In this document: one piece after another, positions 63,148 to 64,000 of the stretch
Position numbering within the stretch: position 1 is the first letter of the stretch
How the letters are laid out: every line of letters begins with the position of its first letter
Assembly (NCBI RefSeq): GCF_964204645.1
Contig: NC_134035.1
Coordinates: 12,308,451-12,372,450 of the forward strand
Length of the DNA: 64,000 bases
Source: Tubulanus polymorphus
Taxonomy: Eukaryota > Animalia > Nemertea
Direction of reading: 5' to 3'
Position numbers and translations under genes: made by a program
Notes under the pieces: generated by a model
The model's input: only the letters and a program-made list of their open reading frames with translations
The model's database searches: none
Told to the model about the DNA's origin: nothing

Positions 63148-63369
63148 GGCTAAAAAAAAATTGATACCTTGTTTCTCCGCTCTGCTGAGCTTAAATGTTG
63201 ACCCGGCCGGCCGCCTATCTACCCTATACATTACTTTTTTTAAAAATCGTGATCAATTTTACCTTAACAGACCCGGCCGCTATAGAAATGAACTGTTTAT
63301 AAATTTTATCATATTTTACAAAAATGACCCGGCCGCTGCGGAGAAACAAGGTATCATTTTTGTTTAGCC
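63148..63369. mobile_element. MITE with ~33-bp TIRs and TTA target duplication (Zator- or PIF/Harbinger-type)
   Basis: TTA-GGCTAAAAAAAAATTGATACCTTGTTTCTCCGC ... GCGGAGAAACAAGGTATCATTTTTGTTTAGCC-TTA; three internal GACCCGGCCG motifs. Confidence 0.85.
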
Positions 63370-63830
63370 TTAGGTTAATGATATATCAATGTCAATATTA
63401 ATTCGTCAAAGTAATTAATAATTGTACGACAATCCTACATCGATTTTACAGTTGGCGTTTCACCCTCTAAACCTATATCGTTTACATTTAAGTGACCCTA
63501 AGAAGCAATTTCCGTCGATATTACATTCTGTAGTAGGAATTTTCCGATACGCTTTAAAAGATTGTCGGATGTTGTAATACCTCATAGCGATGGATAGACT
63601 GAAAAAAAAAATAGAGGGAACATCACCAGCCGTGGTGCGCGGTATCAACGGGTAATGCGCGTTTCTGCGAGGTGACCTTTACATTCGCCTTCGGTATAAA
63701 TCGTCGAGTCGAAAAGGTATAAATCGGCTTAACTGTAAAACATCGCATAATGCGCGCATCAAGTTACTCGCAAATACCCCCCCCCCCGTAGCAAATAACT
63801 ACTAGTTAACAAGTTAACGTGATGCAGAAG

Positions 63831-63915
63831 TGGCATCCTCCCCCGGCAGGGATTCGAACCTGACGGCATCGAGATTGCCACGGCACGAAACCCTGCCATA
63901 ATCGACCGTGTGCGC
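63831..63915 (-). mobile_element. tRNA-derived SINE-like head
   Basis: Minus-strand B box GGTTCGAATCCC within a T-arm-like stem (CAGG/CCTG); no complete cloverleaf. Confidence 0.45.
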
Positions 63916-64000
63916 AGATACATGCGCAGTTCAGATGATGTGATTTTTAGCCAATCAGAAATCCCGTTTTATTTTAGCCCGGGTTTTCCCATTTATAGTT

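Overview
AT-rich animal (invertebrate-like) genomic DNA with spliceosomal introns. (1) 316-3918 (+): the last five exons of a medium-chain (MDR) alcohol dehydrogenase-like gene, with a long putative 3' UTR, several nested MITEs and a decayed Penelope-type hammerhead motif in an intron. (2) A tRNA-Ile(AAT) gene at 5976-6048, one base short in the T-arm. (3) About 7.0-8.5 kb: a promoter-like segment and degraded exon-like pieces, plus a 57-bp minisatellite. (4) About 8.8-21.1 kb: a complex tandem repeat (147-bp modules, ~1.66-kb higher-order units) dense in ACTCGCGCCATTTT motifs. (5) About 21.1-53.2 kb: a 32-kb strand-biased satellite made of 36- and 24-bp monomers and two junction modules carrying AAG|GT...TAG|GT. 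It contains near-identical 6,129-bp and 8,713/7,835-bp higher-order duplications and visibly derives from repeat (4). (6) 54265-54416 (-): an exon missed by the ORF track, encoding the C-terminus of an apparent peptide precursor (...KR-AGSGCWYAPGAGKYLCRG-GK*), a predicted disulfide-cyclised, amidated peptide I cannot assign to a known family. The rest of the window looks like its upstream intron, with MITEs, tRNA-derived SINE heads and an inverted Penelope-like repeat with a hammerhead core. Most ORF-track entries between 10 and 53 kb are repeat artefacts. All coordinates were read by hand; no searches were run.
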